Source: an uncultured Chloroflexia bacterium
Lineage (GTDB): Bacteria; Chloroflexota; Limnocylindria; Limnocylindrales; CSP1-4
Assembly: GCA_963766735.1 (NCBI GenBank)
Contig: CAVYBU010000030.1
Location: 160,001-224,000, forward strand
DNA length: 64,000 nt
Reading direction: 5' to 3'
Positions within the stretch are counted from its first letter, which is position 1; each line of letters opens with the position of its first letter. Of this stretch, positions 59,000-64,000 are shown in pieces. A model generated the notes under the pieces. That model had not been told where the DNA came from, searched no databases, and saw nothing but the letters and a program-made list of their open reading frames with translations. The translations under genes and the position numbers were made by a program.

Positions 59000-60183
59000 G
59001 CCGCCTGGCCGGCGGGCGCCGGATCGCGGAGCCCTGGGTGCAGCGGCTCACGCGCCGACCCTGGCTGCTGCCTGCGGCCGGGGTGGCAGCGCTCGTCCTG
59101 TACCCGGTGGTCATGTCACTCATCCTGCCGGCGAACCCGGCCCGGTTCTGGACCCTGTCCATCGGGGCCCAGACCTTCATCCTGGGCATCGTCGCCCTGA
59201 GCCTCGTGTTCATGTCCGCCTATGGCGGCATGGTGTCGCTTGCACAGGCCGCGGTGTCCGGGTTCGCCAGCTACATGGTCGCGCTGGCAGCCCTGGAGCC
59301 GAGCACCAATGCGATCGGCTCCACGATCGGCCTCGGCCTGCCGGCCATCCCGTCGGCGGTGATCGCCCTGGTGCTGGCCACGCTGGCCGGGGTGGTCATC
59401 GGGGCCATCACCGCCCGATCGTTCGGCATCTACGCCCTGATGCTGACCCTCGCCCTGGCGGTCGGGTTCTTCTACCTCGTCCTCCAGAACTACGACATCT
59501 TCGGCGGCCACATCGGGTTCGCCGGCATCGTCGGGCCCACGGGCCAGCCCCGTGCCAATCCGCTCGAGTTCTACTACCTGTGCCTGGTCGCCGCCGCCCT
59601 CACCTACCTGGCACTCCGGTACATCGTCCGGTCCACCCTTGGGCTCACGTTCCAGGGCATCCGGGACAACCCTCGTCGCATGAGCGCGCTGGGCTACCGG
59701 GTGGGGCTGCACCGCATCGTCCTGTTCGCCATCGGCGGCTTCGTCGCCGGCGTCTCGGGCGTCCTGGCGGTCTGGTATCGCGGCAACGTCTCCCCCGGTG
59801 TCGTGGACCTGACCCGAACCATCGACGTGCTGATCGTCGCCGTCATCGGCGGCCTCGGCTACCCGATCGGTGCGTTCGTCGGGTCAGCGGTGTTCCTGAT
59901 CATCGACACCTTCGCCAGCAGCATCCAGATCCTCGACTTCAGCTTCCGGGAGAGGTTCAACTCGCTTATCGGCCTCGGCTTCGTGATCATCGTGCTCGTT
60001 GCCCCCAACGGCATCGTCGGCTTTCTCGATCGCGGCTGGCTGTCCGCCGGGCGACGGGGCGGGAGGCATCGTCGGGCCGTGGACCCGCTGGCCGTGGAGG
60101 CCGGCATCGCCTCGGAGCCGGAACCGATGCCGCTCGTGCCCCCAGAGCTCCCTGACGACGACTCCCCGACCCCAAGCGGCTAG
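58996..60183 (+). CDS. LIV-type ABC permease (LivM-like), second system
   Basis: GMVSLAQ, MLTLA, STLGLTFQGIRDN, VIGG, PNGIVG. Confidence 0.9.
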   Translation: MSRLAGGRRIAEPWVQRLTRRPWLLPAAGVAALVLYPVVMSLILPANPARFWTLSIGAQTFILGIVALSLVFMSAYGGMVSLAQAAVSGFASYMVALAALEPSTNAIGSTIGLGLPAIPSAVIALVLATLAGVVIGAITARSFGIYALMLTLALAVGFFYLVLQNYDIFGGHIGFAGIVGPTGQPRANPLEFYYLCLVAAALTYLALRYIVRSTLGLTFQGIRDNPRRMSALGYRVGLHRIVLFAIGGFVAGVSGVLAVWYRGNVSPGVVDLTRTIDVLIVAVIGGLGYPIGAFVGSAVFLIIDTFASSIQILDFSFRERFNSLIGLGFVIIVLVAPNGIVGFLDRGWLSAGRRGGRHRRAVDPLAVEAGIASEPEPMPLVPPELPDDDSPTPSG

Positions 60184-60275
60184 CAGCGCAGGAGGACAGC
60201 AACCCAGAGACGCACAGGGTGATCCATCTGGACCACATGCCTCCCGTGCAGGACACGGAGAGGACAGGAGGAGCG

Positions 60276-61565
60276 ATGTTCGGATTTTCGACCGGCCGCA
60301 GGCTGGTAACGCTCATGATTGCCGTGGGGCTCGTCGCGTCAGTGTCCGCGTGCGGCGGCAGCGACGCCGAGAAGACCCCGATCAAGATCGGCGGTCTCGC
60401 GACGCTCGAGGGCCCGTTTGCGGTCCCCGGCCAGGACGGCATGCGCGGCATCGAGCAGGCGCTGAACAAGTTCGCGCCCAAGAATGCGGCCGGCAACTGG
60501 GAGATCGCGGGTCGCGAGATCATCCTGATCAAGGAGAGCTCGGACGGCGCCCCGGCGGTCGCGCTCGAGAAGGCCAAGAAGCTGATCGAGCAGGACGACG
60601 TTGACATCCTGATCGGCCCCCTCTCGGGTGACGAGGGACTGGCGATCAAGGACTACGCCAAGACAGTGCCGGACAAGACGTTCGTGAACGGGTCGTCTGC
60701 GGCCCAGGACACCACGTTCCGAGACCCCGCCCCGAACTTCTACCGCTTCTCGACCGACGGCGCCCAGTGGATGGCCGGCGTCGGCAACTACGCCTACAAC
60801 GACAAGGGCTACAAGACCGCCGCCGTCGTGGCGGAGGACTACTCCTTCCCGTACACCCAGGTGGGTGGCTTCATGTACGAGTTCTGCGCAGCCGGCGGCA
60901 AGGTCCCGTTCAAGGCCTGGGTCCCGCTCGGCACGAAGGACTACGCCTCGGTCGTCACGTCGATCCCGACGGACGTCGATGCGATCTACATCGCCCTCGG
61001 CGGCTCCGACGCGGTCAACTTCTTCACCCAGTACGCGGCAGCCGGCGGCAAGGCCAAGTTCATCGGCGGATCGATCACCGTGGACCAGAGCGTGCTGTCG
61101 GTCGAAGGCGACTTCAAGGACCAGCTGGTTGGCACCATCGCCGGTGGCCCCACCGCTGACACGACGGACGAGCCCGCGTGGAACGAGTACGTCAAGGAGT
61201 ACAAGGCGACGTTCCCGGACGGGCTGCCGTTCCCGGGCCTGTTCGCCCTCAGCTACTACAACGAGACCGTCGGCGTCCTGCAGGCCCTCAAGGAGGTCAA
61301 CGGCGACCTCAGCGACGGCCAGAAGGTCTTCATGGAAGCCCTCAGCAAGGTCGAGTTCGAGGGACCCACCGGGCACATCGCCCTCGATGGCAACCGCCAG
61401 GCTATCGCCCCCAACTACGTGACCGAGGTCCAGAAGGACGCCAGCGGCAACCTCGTGAACAACGTCATTGCCAAGGCTGTGGACATCGACCAGACGCTTG
61501 GCCTGGGTGCGGACAGCCCGTACCTTGCCCAGCCCGTCAGCCGGGACTTCCCGGACTGCAAGTGA
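60276..61565 (+). CDS. ABC substrate-binding lipoprotein (LivJ/K-type fold), second system
   Basis: Lipobox VSAC; IKIGGL-TLEGPF, GPLSGDEG, EDYSFPY, PLGTKDY, FEGPTG; AGGAGGAG RBS. Confidence 0.92.
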   Translation: MFGFSTGRRLVTLMIAVGLVASVSACGGSDAEKTPIKIGGLATLEGPFAVPGQDGMRGIEQALNKFAPKNAAGNWEIAGREIILIKESSDGAPAVALEKAKKLIEQDDVDILIGPLSGDEGLAIKDYAKTVPDKTFVNGSSAAQDTTFRDPAPNFYRFSTDGAQWMAGVGNYAYNDKGYKTAAVVAEDYSFPYTQVGGFMYEFCAAGGKVPFKAWVPLGTKDYASVVTSIPTDVDAIYIALGGSDAVNFFTQYAAAGGKAKFIGGSITVDQSVLSVEGDFKDQLVGTIAGGPTADTTDEPAWNEYVKEYKATFPDGLPFPGLFALSYYNETVGVLQALKEVNGDLSDGQKVFMEALSKVEFEGPTGHIALDGNRQAIAPNYVTEVQKDASGNLVNNVIAKAVDIDQTLGLGADSPYLAQPVSRDFPDCK

Positions 61566-62350
61566 CCCAGTCCACCAGCGCCGAGGCGCTCGTCCCCGCC
61601 CTGCGACTGCAGGGCGTGGGGCGGCGCTTCGGCGCCCTCCAGGCTCTACGCGACGTGACCATGGAGGTCGCCGTCGGTGAGCGGCGCGCCATCCTCGGCC
61701 CGAATGGGGCGGGGAAGACGACGCTGTTCAATGTCGTCACCGGTGACTATCTCCCGACATCCGGGAAGGTCGAGCTGTACGGGGCCGACGTGACCAGCCT
61801 GCCGCCTCACCGGCGGACCCGGCTGGGTCTGAGTCGGACCTACCAGAACTCCATGCTGTTCATGGGGCTCACCGTTGGCCAGAGCCTGTTTCTCGCGATC
61901 CGGGGCGTGCAGCGCGGGCGCTTTGACCCGCGCCGCCCGTCCGCCACTGATCCGGGCAGGGTGCGGTCCGAGGAGATCGCCTCGCTCGTGCACCTGTCGG
62001 ATGTCCTCAAGACCGCCGTGGGATCGCTTGCCCATGGCCAGCAGCGCCAATTGGAGCTGGGCATGGCGATCGCCGCGAGCCCTCGCCTCCTGATGCTGGA
62101 CGAGCCGGCCGCGGGGCTGTCGCCCGGCGAGCGGACTCTCCTCTCGCAGCTCCTCAGGGACCTGCCCCGCGAGATCACCGTGATCCTCGTCGAGCACGAC
62201 ATGGACGTTGCCCTCGCGGCCGCGGACCGGGTGACCGTGATGCACGAGGGCACCGTCATCGTCGAGGGCACGCCCGACGAGATCCAGGTCAACAGCATGG
62301 TCCAGGACATCTACCTGGGCCATCGCGTCACGGGTGATCATCGTGGCTGA
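61562..62350 (+). CDS. LIV-type ABC ATPase (LivG-like), second system
   Basis: GPNGAGKTTLFN, LAHGQQR, LDEPAAGLS, VEHDM; GTG overlaps the SBP TGA. Confidence 0.92.
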   Translation: MTQSTSAEALVPALRLQGVGRRFGALQALRDVTMEVAVGERRAILGPNGAGKTTLFNVVTGDYLPTSGKVELYGADVTSLPPHRRTRLGLSRTYQNSMLFMGLTVGQSLFLAIRGVQRGRFDPRRPSATDPGRVRSEEIASLVHLSDVLKTAVGSLAHGQQRQLELGMAIAASPRLLMLDEPAAGLSPGERTLLSQLLRDLPREITVILVEHDMDVALAAADRVTVMHEGTVIVEGTPDEIQVNSMVQDIYLGHRVTGDHRG

Positions 62351-63086
62351 TCCCGTCCTCGAGATCTCGGGGCTCAACGTCCGCTACGGCCGGAGCCACA
62401 TCCTGCAGGGCGTGGATCTCGTCGTCGGCGCCGAGCCTCTCTCGCTCATCGGCCGCAACGGGATGGGCAAGACGACGCTGTGCAACGCGATCGTGGGGCT
62501 GGTTCCCTCCTTCAGCGGCTCCGTCCGGCTCGCCGGCAAGGAGCTCACGGGCCTCAAGCCGCACGAGATCGCCCGTGCGGGGATCGGGTACGTTCCTCAG
62601 GGTCGCCGCGTGTTCCCGTCGCTGTCGGTTGCCGAGCACCTGAAGATGGTCGCGCCCCGGAACGGCAATGGCTGGACCATCAAGCGGATCTACGAGCTCT
62701 TCCCGCCCCTGGCGACGCGCAAGGGGCACGGTGCCATGCAGCTGTCCGGCGGCGAGCAGCAGATGCTCGCGATCGCACGCGCGCTGCTCCTCAACCCGCA
62801 CCTGCTGATCATGGACGAGCCTTCGGAGGGTCTCGCGCCGATCGTCGTGGAGCACCTGGTCGGTGTCCTGCGTGACGTGGCGAAGGAGGGCGTCGGGCTG
62901 CTGCTCGTGGAGCAGAACCTGGGCGTCGCAACGTCGGTGGCGGATCACCTCGCGATCATGGTCACCGGGAGAATCGCGCTGGAGACCACGTCCACCGAGC
63001 TCGTTGGGGACGAGGCCGCCCAGCGTCGCTACCTCGGCGTGAGCAGCCATCTCGAGCAATCGGCCGAGGCTCCGGCCAAACCCTAG
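62343..63086 (+). CDS. LIV-type ABC ATPase (LivF-like), second system
   Basis: GRNGMGKTT, YVPQGRRVFPSL, LSGGEQQMLAI, DEPSEGLAP, VEQN. Confidence 0.92.
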   Translation: MADPVLEISGLNVRYGRSHILQGVDLVVGAEPLSLIGRNGMGKTTLCNAIVGLVPSFSGSVRLAGKELTGLKPHEIARAGIGYVPQGRRVFPSLSVAEHLKMVAPRNGNGWTIKRIYELFPPLATRKGHGAMQLSGGEQQMLAIARALLLNPHLLIMDEPSEGLAPIVVEHLVGVLRDVAKEGVGLLLVEQNLGVATSVADHLAIMVTGRIALETTSTELVGDEAAQRRYLGVSSHLEQSAEAPAKP

Positions 63087-63100
63087 GAGGTCATTCCCTC

Positions 63101-64000
63101 ATGGCGAGCGTCGTGCTCCTCGGAACCCTTGATACCAAGGGGGCCGAGTACGAGTTCCTGTGCAACCGCGTCCGCGAATTCGGCTGTGACGTGATCCTCG
63201 TGGACGCGGGCGTGACGAGCGCCTCGTCCGCGGCGGACATCTCGGCGGACGACGTCGCCGCCGCCGCTGGCGTCGACCGTGCCGCTCTCGCCGCGGCGCA
63301 TGACCGGGGCCCCGCGGTCGCCGCCATGACCCGCGGCGCGATCGAGGTCGTCAAGCGCCTCTACGCCGAGGGCCGCCTCAACGGGATCCTGGGCGCCGGC
63401 GGCTCTGGGGGAACCTCGATCGTCTCGGCTGCCATGCAGGCACTCCCAGTGGGGGTGCCCAAGCTCGTCGTCTCCACCGTTGCCTCGGGGGATACCCGCC
63501 CGTACGTCGGCACCTCCGACGTGGCGATGATGTACTCGGTCGTCGATATCGCCGGGATCAACGGCCTGTCCGAGAAGATCCTCACCAACGCTGCCGCGGC
63601 GATCGCCGGGATGGCCCGCGCGGACGCGTCGTTCGTGTCCACGATCGAGCGGAAGCCCCTGATCGGGGCGACGATGTTCGGGGTCACGACGCCGTGCGTG
63701 ACGCTTGCCCGCGAGCTGCTCGAGGCAAAGGGCTACGAGGTCCTCGTCTTCCACGCCACGGGCGCCGGCGGCCAGTCGATGGAAGCCCTCATGAAGGCGG
63801 GCTTCATCACCGGGGCGCTGGACGCCACCACCACGGAGCTGGTGGACGAGCTCGTAGGTGGCGTGCTCTCCGCGGGCCCCGACCGCCTGGAGATGGCAGG
63901 CTCGCTGGGCATTCCACAGGTCGTGTCGCTGGGTGCCCTCGATATGTGCAACTTCGGGCCCAGGGACACTGTCCCCGCGCAGTTCGACAAGCGGAACCTG
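63101..64000 (+). CDS. Tm-1-like ATP-binding domain protein (UPF0261), copy 2; truncated by the window edge
   Basis: Absent from the ORF track because it has no stop in the window. AGGAGG RBS, ATG at 63101; my translation gives MASVVLLGTLDTKGAEY, GGSGG, LPVGVPKLVVSTVASG, DIAGING, TMFGVTTPC, FHATG-GGQSME, NFGP. Confidence 0.9.
   Translation, partial: MASVVLLGTLDTKGAEYEFLCNRVREFGCDVILVDAGVTSASSAADISADDVAAAAGVDRAALAAAHDRGPAVAAMTRGAIEVVKRLYAEGRLNGILGAGGSGGTSIVSAAMQALPVGVPKLVVSTVASGDTRPYVGTSDVAMMYSVVDIAGINGLSEKILTNAAAAIAGMARADASFVSTIERKPLIGATMFGVTTPCVTLARELLEAKGYEVLVFHATGAGGQSMEALMKAGFITGALDATTTELVDELVGGVLSAGPDRLEMAGSLGIPQVVSLGALDMCNFGPRDTVPAQFDKRNL

Overview
Very GC-rich bacterial chromosome segment. 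I infer a monoderm lineage, most plausibly Chloroflexota, from the AGAAC-N4-GTTCT LexA box, lipoprotein solute-binding proteins and gene content; this is not a database result. The left ~40 kb is mostly housekeeping or envelope genes: SAM methyltransferases, a secreted C39-like peptidase, a DUF2723 glycosyltransferase, B12-dependent ribonucleotide reductase nrdJ, ccsA, a NYN nuclease, a HAD phosphatase, add, pepA, prepilin peptidase, M23 peptidase, glgC, a YbjN-like protein followed by a tandem-duplicated HExxH metallopeptidase, MFS, NUDIX, a MalK-type ATPase, pgm, rhodanese, pirin, an FAD/Fe-S oxidoreductase and a PAS-GGDEF protein. The nrdJ upstream region stacks a LexA box, five phased DnaA-box-like motifs and two NrdR boxes across two promoters. 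From 40.2 kb to the right edge lies a >23 kb catabolic island: fused E1alpha/beta plus E2 dehydrogenase, DeoR and GntR regulators, a split transketolase with an atypical acceptor motif, LerI/EryH-like and DerI/EryI-like isomerases, two cupins, two LIV-type ABC importers, two UPF0261 (Tm-1-like) proteins and two PEP-hydrolase-family TIM barrels. A recurring ATCGATTATCGA-type motif sits upstream of most of its transcription units. This island is the best candidate for an undescribed system: it places the poorly understood Tm-1-like module in a small-sugar/ketol catabolic regulon that has no recognisable kinase in the window. Four single-base frameshifts and one probable lost stop look like sequencing errors. 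I saw no rRNA, tRNA, CRISPR array or transposase.
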